Origin: Camelus dromedarius
Lineage: Eukaryota
NCBI RefSeq assembly: GCF_036321535.1
Contig: NC_087437.1
Coordinates: forward strand, 86,926,001-86,990,000
Direction: 5' to 3'
Length of the DNA: 64,000 nucleotides
The number at the start of each line of letters is the position of its first letter. The stretch's first letter is position 1. Both the position numbers and the translations under genes were made by a program. This document shows positions 39,090 through 52,685 of this stretch, one piece after another. The notes under the pieces were generated by a model. It saw nothing but the letters and a program-made list of their open reading frames with translations. It ran no database searches and was not told the origin of the DNA.

Positions 39090-41399
39090 TATGAAATTAA
39101 GTAATGTTTGAAAAGTCATTTTAGCCAAAACCTTGAGCCTACAGACTTGCTTCTTCAAAATTTTAGCTAGGCTTTGACATGACAATATTCAGGAAGAAAA
39201 GGAAGATTCAACATTTCTTTGGAAACTTTTGTCTCTCCAGAACAGTAAATCAAATGTCTATGGATGGTCGTAGAAAACTAATCTGAAATAAAATGAATGT
39301 ACAAACAAATAAACAAATGAAACCCTGCCTATGCATGTTTTCCATAAATCACTCTACATTTCTATGTTTCTTCCTTAATACAATTCTTGGAAGACTAATA
39401 CGCTAGTAAAACTCAATGCAGCTCTTGAATGTAGTCACAGATACACAGCTTCGTACAGCCAACTCTCAATTACAGTGGCCATTTACCACGTTTATGTACT
39501 AACCAGACCTTTGCTTATCACTCTTTTCCTTCTGGCTCTCAGCCTTATGACCATTTCATTTCTTGTTAGCATGTCTAGTAAAATGTTTGGCAAGGGAAAT
39601 AAAAGTAGCTGGAAAATCAAACCAGTCAATTAAGCCAAAGCCCCATGACCATTCAGAAATCAGATCAGGCTGCATTTAGCTCTATAATTTACGTATTTGT
39701 AAACACATCAGTTAAGATGGGAAAGTCTGCAAATGTGCTTTGAATTAAGTTCAAAGATTCAGCAAACCCAGATGTACAGACAGAGTAAACAGAATAAAAA
39801 ATATTCTACCTTGGAAGCAGTATCCTCACTTACTTTTCCTTGTGATTTTGATTATGGTAAACAGGGTTAAAGGAAAAGAGACTTCGCAACAGTGGCGAGA
39901 ACTAGTTCTAACATGTATTGAATGTGGTTGGAAATCATTTATAAAATTCCATCTCATCTGCACAGGATGCAGTGCATTCCTGTCGAAGTCTCGCGTGCTC
40001 TTTCCTGTGTATTTTGAATTAGAAATGACATTACCAGCTTTTTTAAGGGCCTATATTATTCACTGTCCTCAGAGATCCTTAAATACATCTGCTTATACAA
40101 ACTGAAATCAATGAAATTATTGTTGTTTGGGCAAAATGAAAGTCCACCAAAAATCAGCAAAACAAAATGTGCAGTGGAGTTTTGCTTTTGTTCTTATATT
40201 GACTTATGAGTATAGATAACATCATGATCTTTCATAATTAAAGGGTTAAGGGAAGCACACCAGTCTCTTACAATCAGTTAATTTCCCCAGTGGCTCAGAG
40301 ATACTACTAATCATTTTATTTGCTGACAGAAGACATGTGATTCAAAATGTCTAAGAATTTCAGGTTCTGCACTCTGTTTCACCATAACCTTCTTACCCAC
40401 ATTTTCTATTAAAATAAGAGGGTGGGTTAATGTGACAAACATATAGCCATGCTTGGAATCTATATTGCAATTATCAAATAAATGTTGGCCTTAGATGAAA
40501 ATGTTTTCATTCAAGCCTAAGTTATTTATCAAAGATTTAAATGCTACAAATTATTGAAATTTAACTCATTTCCAAAGGAAATGCTATTAACTCCTATTAA
40601 AGGTAATTTTGTCTTATAAACTGCCTTATTTTCAAGACACACACACTCTAATACACGAGTGTGATTTATAAAATTGAAACCTTTGACCTTGGCGGCAAGT
40701 ATTCATTATTGGTATCATGTAATCACAATCAGAGTGGAAGCAAAAAAAGCATAAACAGGAGAAGGAAAATGGAATAAAATTGACAAAATATGCCTTACTG
40801 TTCTCAGGAAAGAAGATTTGAATCACTTCGGATTAGAAAGAAAATGTTTCAGTTATAGATTACCATGTGCTATAACTGAGACAGAGAAATACTGGAATAA
40901 ACTGAATTAGAGTATTTTACAGCAGGTTTCCCATTAAATCATATAAACATACAGGGTATTCTTTTGCAAATTCCATTTTAATCAAGACATTATTTATGTT
41001 AAGAACGATCCCTCTTCCGTCCACTAGCCAATGAGTTAATAACAACAGGAGTCAACCTATTTTGTCTATAGTTCTAAGTCCAGCACCTAAGAGACCGCCA
41101 GTGAGAACCGGCCGTGTTGCGTCTACTGTCACAGGCTGGCTAGGGACGCTCTCTCTCTTCGAATCAGCCTCAGAAGTGCTTTCTCCAACCCTTTTTTAAC
41201 CAACCCTACTCTATGAATCTCAGCACAGGGAATACTTTATATGCAGTTGACTTTAAAAGTTTAAAATTTATTTACGCTTAATTTGAAACAAAATTTAATA
41301 CCTTAAAAGATAGGAACAATATTTCTACTCATCTTTACTCTATTGAGAATAATACTCGAATGTGCCCAGTATGATTTTATAAGGACAGCTTAGTTATTT

Positions 41400-41990
41400 T
41401 TCCTTTTCAAACTTTCTACATTTTTATTTATTTTCTTGTCTAATTTCAAAACTTAAGACATTAGGTCTAATGATGAATTGAAATGGTAACAGCAGACTCC
41501 TAGTTTCTACTTTAAAAGAAATGCCTTCTTGGTTTCACTCCTGAGTATGATGTTTGCAGGCTTGTTTTAGTTTTGGGGGTGTTTATATACATTTGTCAGG
41601 TATACATATTTTCTAGGCATGATGTGTTAATAAATTTAAATTAAAATATTTATTTTTTACATCTATTGAGGTTGATTTTCTTTTCTATCTATTAATTTTG
41701 TGGATTTCTTGAATGATTAAATATTAAACCAACTTTGCATTCTTGAAATAAACTAAACTTGACCATGATATAGTATGTTTTTTTAAAGCATTGCTAGTCA
41801 TGGTTTCATAATTATTACAGTGATACTGAATTTTTGCTCATGTGCTATACTCATCTTTTATTTTCCTTTCTGATGATGCTCTTGTATGGTTTGATATCAA
41901 GGTATCACTAGCTTTATGAGGTAGGGGTGTTTCTTATTCTCCCTCTTTGCAAGAGTTTGTGTAAGACCAAAATTACTTAGACAATTAGGA
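41400..41990 (-). mobile_element. Ancient L1M ORF2 fragment (antisense)
   Basis: ttttttacatctattgag...attaaaccaactttgcattcttgaaataaac...ttgtatggtttgatatcaagg...aagagtttgtgtaaga resembles antisense L1 ORF2. Confidence 0.7.
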
Positions 41991-44869
41991 AACAAGGGTG
42001 TATTTTCCTTCCTTTAGGAGAGTTATCGCAGATTTAAAGCAGCGCTCTATGAGAGGCAATCTTTGGACACATATAACTCATGCACTAACAAATTTTGTAA
42101 ACTGAATTTAATTTTTCAAAAATATCAAAACCTATCTTATCTAAATGACTGGGGGGAATACACAGCAACACATTCTTTTGTAACTCAACTGTGGCCAATT
42201 CAACAAAGAAAAGTGAGTGGACAATGTTGAGGAAACAAGGAAAGTTTTTTATACATGTAAAAATAGCATTCCCTGCCTTATTTTTTTCCTCTAGTTTATT
42301 GAGTAGAGATTTTCTTAGTTTGGTCGATAAGGGAACTTAAGAGTTTTCAACTCATTTATCAAAATACAGTCATGAATGCATGATAACTTGTTTCATCAGA
42401 GTTTCTAAAATCTATCATAAACTATTTTTATAAATTAATAAAATATATATAACATATATTGCCCATTAAAAATATGACATAGAGTGCAGTACCCTTGAGA
42501 CAAGTGCAGAAGAAACGTTTTAGAGAAAGGCAAACAAGAAATAGAACTAATTTGACATTGTTCACTAAAAAAATGACTTATTCCAGTAAGATTTCCACAC
42601 CATATGTGCAGGAAATGTAAGCAAATGATTATCTTTTGGTGTACAGTGGACACTCACACCAATACAGAAATGCTTTCAGTATGAGAAATCCTCTAAAAAT
42701 TCTGCCCATGACTTTCCTCAATAATACAAGGTTACAGTTAAATTGCATTTATTATTTTTTTAATTAAAAAAAAATCCATCCCTAAATAACAACAAAAAGC
42801 ATATCAATCCCATCCAATATAATTCCTTCTATTTCACTAGGTGAAAAGTGACCAATGGAAAGTCTTCTTGGATGAAGCTGGAACATCCTTTGACTAATAG
42901 TGTGATGGCAGAAATATCAAACATTTGCTAAAAACAGGTTCCAACTTTTTGTACTTCAGCTAAAATTGATAACACATGTTAGTACCAAGTTCTGAGTAGG
43001 ACTGTGCCCCCAGCTTTCTGCTACTTTGAAGATCAGAGACTCTCTCACCTTCTCTTGTTTAAGACCATCAGGCTTAAAACATACCATTAAAATTGTTTAT
43101 GGCTCAATTCAAATAAATGAAAATATAATGACTGAAGAAAAGGCTTTCCCTAACTTGAAAATGATACATTATAATAGACCTAGTTTTTCAGATCACATAA
43201 TTAATAGCAATAATTTTAAAATTATCTTTGAGCAAAAAAGGAATTGTTCAGAAGAATTTTCTTCTATATCCCCAGATTAAGTGGTAAAATCTTCTCAAAC
43301 TCAACCAGAAGTGGTAATTTGTATTTGCATAGTTCTAGTCCACCTAACAATGTATTCCTATGGAATCTTATTTGATCTTACAAGGATGTGGAAATAGTCA
43401 AGCAGAACTGCTAATTCCATGTTACAAGTGGACAAAGTGAGTCTCTGGCAGTGTTCTGATTTGCCAGACATCTCCCAGCCGGTAGAGCTGAGTCAGAATT
43501 TGATCTCTGAACCTTTGATTCGTAATCCAAGTGCCAGTATGCTCTCTTTTCTTCTTTCATTACAATTCGTTCACCAGCTCCGTACCTCACAACTCTGATT
43601 GTGTGCATGTGTGTGTATGTCTCTGAACGCTGCCAGGAGATTGTCTTAGTAGTCACAGAGTCTCAGGAAACAAAGAAAATAATAGAAGTTGATTAACTAA
43701 CTCCTTCTGGTGACAAATTTGCCTTATTTATATCTTAAATGCAACACAGTAACTGTATTCTGATGCATTTCTAGTTCATCTCAGATGTAACAGGGTGCGA
43801 GACTTCAAGCTTTTAAATATGCCACTAAAGGAGTTCAGAATCTAATTCTAGGCCTGCTACCCTATTATGTTTGCGATATATGAGATGGCTGGGATTTATA
43901 TAGTCAGATTTGGCAGTCTCTTACATGATTACTTGACCAGGGAGATACATCAAATTTAGAACTTTCACTCTAAGAATAAGGCAGTTGTAATCCATACTAG
44001 AATGTTACAGATTCGGCCTTGAACAGGACATTTACTGCATAATACCTGTGATTTTTAAAGGTCATTTATTTCTTAGTGCATTTTTTCCTGCATTTTGGTT
44101 TTGGGGTCTGTTTTATGGATTTCTTTGCCAAGTGACCATAATTCATATCAATTATTGCACATTTATATCTAAAAAAATCTGCCACAATAATTATGGTTTA
44201 ATATTGCCTGTCAATCAGTAAATAATTTTATGGGAAACAGCTAGCAAAGTAAAACAAGTTGTTTTCAATGACTCATAACACTGGAAACAAGAAACTCAAC
44301 TCATGTTTGATAAACAATGATAGACTATCAGTCAGCTTAAATCTAAACCTAATATTTAGTTCGATAGACACTGCTGTCTCATTTTTTCCTAGTCGTGAGG
44401 GTAGGAGAAGTTAGGTGGTAATTCTGTACACACTAAAGTGCAATCACTTTCTCCACCACTCCCTACGTGATGCAATCAGTCACACAACTGCACTGCTTTG
44501 AAATGTGCATTCAGTTTAATGAACCAACACCAAAGAGAGAACTATTCATACAAGACACTGTTGTCTTATTCATATTCAATCAACTAACCCATCAGTTTTG
44601 TATTCATTAACATTGGTAAATCCAGCACCTCCTTTGATCCAGGTTCTGTTTAGTCACTGATTATCAAATAGCATGGTTTCTTGCCCCTAATGAGAGTTCA
44701 CATTTTGTTTTAGGTGTTAAGGGTTATTATCTCCAGAAAATGTTTGAAGCTTGATGGATGATCATTATTAGGGAAGATAAAAATTCAAGATACAAAAGAA
44801 TTAATAGAATGCAAACATAAAAAGAGGAAAGCCTATTTTGTCCAGGGTTGGGGACAGAGGTGAAAGCAA

Positions 44870-45030
44870 CAGACTGGTTCCAATGCCATCTCCAGTACTT
44901 CCTACTTGGACACACGACTTGCTTTTATCTAAGGTTACTGTTTGCTCAAATGTAAAATGGAATCACCATATCTAATTCACAGGGTAGTAATAAGAATAAA
45001 TAATGTTTATAATGCAATGCTTGGTCAACT
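44870..45030 (+). mobile_element. MIR SINE
   Basis: tgtttgctcaaatgtaaaatggaatcaccatatctaattcacagggtagtaataagaataaa. Confidence 0.65.
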
Positions 45031-46538
45031 AAAAAAGAACTCTTGAAATTCGGGAATTTAAAGAAGAAAAGATACACAAGTATGAATGAGTTTCCTCTCC
45101 CAGTTGGGCTCAAGATCTGAAGGACAACCACTCAGTAAGGATGACATGCATAAGAATCAATGGTTAATTGACTCTTAAAACCCTAGTGAGACATCATTCT
45201 ATAATTTTATGGACATTAAGTAGGATATTCTATAAATATGATCTTGCACTGAAGGAACACATACTTACACCTCCAATCCTTAGTACTACTAACAATGTTT
45301 TTATGATTAATTTTTAAAAGCTAAAAAGATACTTTTCATCAGAAAATATTTTAGTGTTACTACTAACATGGCCTAATTTTTAGAAGTACAGAGGGAAAAA
45401 ATATGCTTTACAAGACTTAATATGGACTTACACTTTATGGTTAAGTTCTTCTACATTGTTAAGTTCTTAACCTCATTTATTATATTAAAAAACTCTAAAG
45501 GAAATCCAAGTATTATTTCAATTATACCATGCTCTTGTAGTAAGGAATTGCCTTTCTAGTCACACTAAAATGAGAATAGATATTAGTGCCATTTGGAAAG
45601 TGCTCCATGTAACGTTAAAGAAAAACATCTTTGTGAAGAATTTAATGTGTAATGTCTGTTGGTAACCATAGAATATGTAAATGTGGTGCCAATGAATTAT
45701 CCCCTAAAGGATGCCAAATTCCCTGCCATATGCTGTCTTTCACTCTAGGAAGTTTGCTGCCAATTTAGCTTATTCTTCATCCTGTGGTCCAAAACCTTGA
45801 GAAAAAAACAAATCCCAGAGCATTCTCAAGAGGTTTTCATTGGAACTGGAGCCAAAAATCACATATCTGCCTCACGGGATGCCTTCTGAGCCTGGCTGGA
45901 GAAACCATCATGGAAATAAGTTCAGCTCTCTTACACAGGCTGTGAGCCAGAGCTTCCCCAGAGCAGTCAAGAATCCAGCTGGGACTCTAGATCAGACTTA
46001 TTTGAAATCCACAGAGACCTGAGCAAAGGGCTTGGGTCTAATGTGATCCCAATCTTTACAGCTCAGAAGCAGTCCCCAAACTCCCATAATTTTTCTAAAG
46101 CCAAGAGGGTAAAGATTTGGAAGCTTAAATAAAACTGGTGAACAATGAAAGAAAAGGCAGCTAGCTGGGAGTTCCCAGCAATTTCTGTCAAAATTGAGTC
46201 ATCGTTTTTCCTTGCTACTCACGTAACAGAGAGTTCCACACAATTCACTTAACTATTTTTTAATCAGCATGTCTTAATATAGTCCAATGATTAGCTCCTA
46301 AATTTTTTAAGCTTTTTAAGATCTAGGATAGCACTGTCAACCTAATACTAGTTAAATATCTTTGACCTCTTGTCAAAGAAATACATGTTAATCCTAAACA
46401 TTTTGGTGGTGGTGTGTGTGGGGTGGTCAGGACTATCAGGTGATAATGAAAAAAAGATCAAAATTCTTAAATTATTGACTTTGGGTTTAAACAACCTCGA
46501 CTTAACAGACACAAAATCTGTCTTACGATTTTACTTAC

Positions 46539-46724
46539 TTTTAGTAACAACTCCCTCCAGGCGAATGATATTGGGATGGTCAAATTGTCCCATAATGCTT
46601 GCTTCTCCTAAGAAGTCTCTCCTCTGCTTGTCTGTGTAGCCCACTTTCAGGGTCTTGATGGCCACTGAAATCTCTTTTTTTGAAGGAAGTTTTAAGCGAC
46701 CACTGCACACCTCTCCAAATTCAC
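46539..46724 (-). CDS. EPHA3: EPHA3 exon 11 (186 nt): kinase N-lobe, (G)[61 protein letters not shown]
   Basis: Acceptor cttctgcatcctaacag|GTGAAT, donor CTAAAA|gtaagt; Gly-loop and VAIK lysine present; phase 1-1. Confidence 0.98.
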
Positions 46725-48519
46725 CTGTTAGGATGCAGAAGATCAAAACAAGACAAGGTAAGGAATTCTTAAAAAGTCATCAATACGGACCAACTATTTC
46801 CTCTCAACAATTCCATTCAAAGTGTTTACACTGTTGACCTGCAAGATGTACACTGTAGGCCTCCAAATTATTTTGGATGGTGGTAATTTGAGACTCCCTA
46901 AGAAACCTCAGGAAATACACACCCTGGCTGGAAAAGGGACCTTGTGATAAGCTGCATGCATTTTGACGCACTTTACTGTGAATAATGAAACATGAAAGAA
47001 AAAGAGGGAAGCTGAGAGCTATATCTTTTAGACTTTTTACTTCTTGCTCTTATAGCTACCATTTCCTGGGGCTAATCAACAGACTAGCCCTGATATAATG
47101 AGTCAAGCACTGGATAAAATTTCAGTCATTTCTCACTGTTTCTGTTTTTACCAAGAGGGCCAATAAGCTATGTATTCTGGCTCTCTGAAAATGAGAATAA
47201 AAGCATACACTATCGATTCATTTTACTGGAGTAGTGTATGTTGCATTATGGACATACTAATTGTAAAGTTCTCTGGGATTCTGAAAGGAACACAATAATC
47301 CAACAGTATCAAATCTTATTTATAGAATCATTGTAGAAATATTTTCTTACATCCAATGGCTTCAATAAAAAAAAGTTGTCTTAAATGCACAGTTAATCAG
47401 AATTTGTTGAATATGGAGTGTTGCTGACTTTTACATATTCTAATTCGATGATAAAATACTGCCTAGAACTAGTTTGGGCACCATCTTCATGTACATGGTG
47501 TTTGAGAAGATTTGACCACAACTCTTTGATTTTGAGCTTCCAAGAGCAGAGACCCTTCACATTCTTTTCTGTCTCCACTGCTGCCATCGTGATTGTCACA
47601 GAGTAGTGCCACGTATAGAATGCTCCTAGATCATAGAAGAAATTCTAATCTTGTGAGGATTACTAGATGGATTTTGTACAACATTTAAAAAATCTCTCAT
47701 TTAATAGCAAATGAGAGATTTTTCTGAAAAGAAAAATTACGTGATCAATTTTTAGGCTCTCTATGGAATGGAAAAACAGTCTTGGTCCAACCCTCTCACT
47801 CTGAGTTTTGGTACAAGTCCATGCCTCACAGGTCAGCCAGAGAGAAGGTGCCAAGAAGTGAGATGCTGCTTCTCTATTTTTTGTCCAAGTTAAGTCCTTC
47901 AGCCCACAAAAGCAGCAGGTTGTCCTACTGATTCACCAACTGCATCATGACAAATGACTGGTGTTCTCTCCAGGAAGTCCTAAACTCCCCTGGACTTGAT
48001 CCTTTCTCAGGAATCCTGTCTTGCCACTATTTTCAAAACAACAACTTACACCATAACTTGTCAAAGTCATTTAAGGTCCAAAAGCCATTATTTATACATT
48101 TATTTCATAAATACTCACCAATTGGCAACAGTACGACAGATAGTATGAACAACACACAGAGATATAATGGTAATAAAGGCAGATCTAATTTCTTCCCTTC
48201 AAGGAAATGTACAGAAGACAGTAATATCTGCAGCTAGAGTGTTATTTTTTTAGAATTATAGGGAGGATTAGGGGCAGAACTTAAGAAATGTTCAATGATC
48301 TTTTTTAATTGAAGGAAAAAGTGTCATTGTAGATGTGTGAGGATTAGGAGGAGAAGATATGATAAAGTTTGGGTTAATCGTAAGGAAGGATCCATAATGA
48401 ATTTTCATTTTCTGAAAAAAAGTTCTGTCATTATCATGATCGATGTGGTGTAAGGATGGTGTTTTACATTTGGATGTCAGGACCATTTATTCTAAGTGAC
48501 AAGCCAGTTGTCAGTTTAC

Positions 48520-48777
48520 AGGCAGACAGTACAGAATGGTGGGGCAGAGCATAGATTCTGGAGCCTGACTGTGTAGGGTCTAATTCTGCCTCCGTCACTT
48601 ACTATCTGTGTGACTTTGAATTACTATTTTAACCTCTCTGTGCCTTTGCCTCCTTATCTATAACATACGGACACTAATTGTGTCTACATCACAGGATTTT
48701 TTGTGCAGCTACAGTATTTAAAGCACTTAGAACAGTGCCAGACTCACAGTAAGTGCCATCTAAGCGTAAGTCACTAT
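48520..48777 (+). mobile_element. MIR SINE, near full length
   Basis: agagcatagattctggagcctgactg...tcacttactatctgtgtgactttg...taacctctctgtgcct...aaagcacttagaacagtgccagactcacagtaagtgc. Confidence 0.9.
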
Positions 48778-51700
48778 TTCTTCTCTGAGTTCAGATCCAT
48801 CTTAAGAGGGATAAATTATCTGTCTGCCTCTTAAGAGATAGATCAAACTGAAGAATAAGTCTAAAGGTGCTTTTAAAATGTCAAATTCTGCATGAATGTA
48901 AGAAGAGATGGTTGTGATGATGATGGTGATAACAAGGCTGCTGTCATATTGGCTGAGTATTTGTAAGAGAAAGCATGTTGTGAATATACCTCACTAGGGA
49001 GACCAAGGGCAAGAGGCAGAATTTCAAGTGGGCCAATTTGTGTTTCTCCCTTTGTGCTCAGTGGGATAGCTGGACATAGGGACATGTCATTTACCTTCAA
49101 AATTCAGAACATGGTGTTTCAGTAAGTCTAGTATTTAAAAATCACAAAATTTACAAATGTGACTATTTACTCTGATAAATCCTAAGAAATGGTCACAAAT
49201 ACATTACACTAGACATAGAAATGTTAAATATTAATTCAATTCTCTTTATAATAACTATTTTTAAAAGAATAGTGTTGGAAAAAATTAACAAAGACTGGGC
49301 AAATGCAATGCCCAATCTTTCCATCTGGCCAAGCTTTACATGGTCATATTTGATTAATTTTGCATCTATAAGAAAAAAAATTTATATCCTGTCATTTCTA
49401 AATAAAAGTACAGCTACAAAAAGATCATTTGAGAAGACACTACCTGATTTTTTAAAATTCAGTAAGTGCATCAGTTTTTATTTGTTCTTTGGAAAAAAGT
49501 ATGCTTTATGAGAATGGGTAAACGGTATTTTGATATAAGGTACACAATGCATAATTGCTCAAAATAAAATTTCTTACTCTCACTGATTTCATTTAAAACA
49601 GAGGAAAATGTACTTGTGTGTAAGTAGAATGATCCTTTGCACTAGCCTCAAAGCCCATTCTCCTTCCACTGTTATAACAAGAGGAGAATTAAAAATACAT
49701 ATATTGAACAATGCTGCTGTGTTAGCTAAGCAGTATACATGAATTATCTCAATTAATCCTTTAAAAAGTCTTAGAAGGCACTATTATGATCATTAGTGTC
49801 TAGTATAGATTTACAGTTGAAAAGTACAAGACTCAAATTTCAGTTTCCTAATTAATAACTATGTGATCATGAGCTGTTCAAAATTTCAGCTTTTTTTCTG
49901 GTGAAACGGAGATAATAATACCTACTTAAAAGGCTAATAAAATTAAATATCATGTGAATGCCTAGCACAGAACAGGAATTAAATAAGTATTCTCTACCTT
50001 CAGAAATTTTCAGTATCTGATTTTTGAAATAATGGCTGGATCGAGGAATAAATTTAAGAATTTTAGTCATTATAAATTCTTCACTAACAAAAATTTACTA
50101 CCTTAAGAAAATTAACTCATGGCTCAGTTTTAATTTTGTAATTTGCAATATGGGTACAATTCTTCTGATTATTCAATGCATAAATGAAAGTTTCCATTGT
50201 ATGTATTTCTTTGTATAAAATTTGTGACATAAAATTAGAGACATATTCCACATATATAGTCTTTCTGAATATTTAATTGACTGGGAAAGTTCTGTCATTG
50301 AATGAAAGATTCAGCCTTTTAACAATGGAAGATAGTTGCTAATCAGTTTAACATGATTATTATCATTTTTGTGGACAATATAACTTTTAAAAATTAAAAG
50401 GATATAGGAAGTGGGTAAGGGTATACATGAAAGAAAGCTGGTTATGAGTGGATCGTTACTGAAGTTGTTGTAGAAATGGGTACATGCAGGTTCATTACAC
50501 TGCTGTACAATTTCATCTATTTTCATAGATATTTAACATTTTACAAAAAAATGTTTAAAAATTTATAGCTTTCAAAATCTTGATTTCGTATTCTATATTG
50601 ATAATGACAAATCACTTAAAGGCTAGCCAGACAGACAGAATTAGGCATGTCTATTATATTGCACTCCTTCAGGAGAAGATAACCAACCCTGAACATACGT
50701 GTGTTTCTGAACAAAAACGGGCACAACTGTATAGCCCTTAATGTGGCAAATGAGAGAACTGGCTGTAAAACCTTGAAAATGGAGCATATGCCTAATTTTT
50801 TTTTACAAATATGTTTGAAGAGAGAAAGGAAATAGAGGATTTGTCCTAATTTTAATGAGTCTCAGGGATTATTAAGTGATTCAGTACAAACAGCCTTTCC
50901 CTTTATCTCATTGATCAGGTATTATTTTTAACGAGTGTGCTTTTCCTCACCCCACTGTGTCCTAGATATCTGGCTTTGTCAGTAACATCCGTGTATATAA
51001 GCTTTTACTAATGCAGAGTGCCCCAAATTTCAAGGTCACAATGTGAATGTCTGGTTTTCTGGATGCTGGCTGACCATAGTGGGCTCTCCTCCTCTCATGA
51101 CATTCTCCAATTGAGTGTGCGAAGTCCTTTGCTGCATATGCTACTGCAGCTTCCGTGCTGGAGAACAGTGCACTCTTGTGGGGCAACATTAAAACCAGCA
51201 TGACAGAAACCCTCCACACCATGGAGCAGCTGATGAAGCTCACCGTACACATGACAGTCCTCGATACAAATGCGGATTAATTTTAGCTGCATAAAAATGA
51301 ACAGTGAATGTGTATATTCTTGTCTTAGATTGTGAAAAGAGAAGTACCTACTCTAGTTTTCTTTTATAAATTGCTAGTTTCATATTATCAAAGTACCTGC
51401 ACATGTCAGTTTTAGGATACAACACTAAGAAAATTAGAAGAGAAGATTTAGTAAACTATCATTTTATTTAGATAATATGTGAATTACTCAGATTAGCCTG
51501 CTTGAACAATAAATACTGCTTGAGTTCCAAATACTGCTTTGGTGCACGGAAAAAGAAACAGAAAATTATATGCATATTTGCACAAAGAAGCATCAGTCAT
51601 ATATATGGTACTTGCAGAAAATGTAATCTGATATGGTTTGCATAATTCAAAGAGCTCATTTTTCAGTCTTTCACTCCATTTCCCATATCAACGTAACTAG

Positions 51701-52559
51701 TTTGTGTTTGTTTTTAGAACAATATTGAAGAATGAGATGATTGTGCAAAACTATTGCACAGTATTGTTTATTTTTACTTTTGAGTAGTAATTGTATTCAA
51801 ATGCATGCTATATACACTGTGAATGTCCATGTGTTTATGTGTAAATGTATAAAATACTGTAATTTTATAAATATCTATAATCTTATTGGAAATATGCAAC
51901 CGCTATAAATAATCACTCCATAGGTGTTATATGTTAATGAGTTTATGGTTAAGTTAATAAGTAGAAGAAAAAGATGTCTATATGAAAACAAGCTTCAATA
52001 CAAATAATTTAAGACTGGCAACTACAGGCAAGTATTAAAATGGAGTAGTTCACATTATTTCAACTATCCCCTCAAAATAGTTGTGATGGAATTTGTGTAA
52101 AACATGTCCTGTATGACTTTATTTTGTGCTATTTTTTAAATTCCAAAGAAGATTGTAAAATTACTTTTTTCTACAAATCAAAGTTTCCACTTAGTAGGCT
52201 AATTTAAAGTAAGACACATTTTTATCCTGTTACCCCCTTTTAGCCAAACAGAATGACACATGATCAGCCTGGGGAGACTGAGCTGCCACGGCTGCTGCCT
52301 CTGAAATTCAATAATTAAAGAGTTGGCTGTGGTCTCTGGGTCTGTAAGTCTGACACCTTTGAAATCACTACATTCCATTAAATACCCCTTCATTTATTTA
52401 CTGCCTGCCTTTCATCATGAAATCAGAAAATATCCCTTTTCATAGCAATGTACTTAGTCCTGTGAACCTGAGCAATCACTCTCAAGCAGCATTCTTACTC
52501 ATGGTTGTAAGCTTGTAATTAACATGCAAGGTTGGCAGTGGGCTCACAGCGGTGGTTAC

Positions 52560-52685
52560 CTGCTCCAACAACTTTGTCAATGGAGATGTTGGTGGCATCC
52601 AATTCCTTAGCAAACTCATGAACTGCTTGGGTAGGGTCCTCGTACGTATGTGGGTCAACATAAGTTCGGAGACCTGGAAGTTTCA
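52560..52685 (-). CDS. EPHA3: EPHA3 exon 10 (126 nt): juxtamembrane segment, (L)[41 protein letters not shown]
   Basis: Acceptor ctttcttccgttccttaaacag|TGAAAC, donor GGAGCAG|gtaacc; both juxtamembrane tyrosines (YVDP, YEDP) present; phase 1-1. Confidence 0.97.

Noticed and set aside
46620..46640. YTDK instead of the human YTEK near alphaC
   Set aside because: Conservative change, and Asp occurs at this position in EphA4 by my recall; unlikely to matter.
50962..51252. 96-aa minus-strand ORF as an independent gene or long alternative C-terminus
   Set aside because: It is not in frame with exon 10 through the acceptor at 51286, and I recognise no homology.
52393..52559. Exon 10 read-through ([13 protein letters not shown]) with AATAAA at 52393, and exon 9 read-through (CKFLNDF*) with AATAAA at 58295
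   Set aside because: AATAAA occurs frequently by chance at this AT content; weaker support than the exon 8 case.
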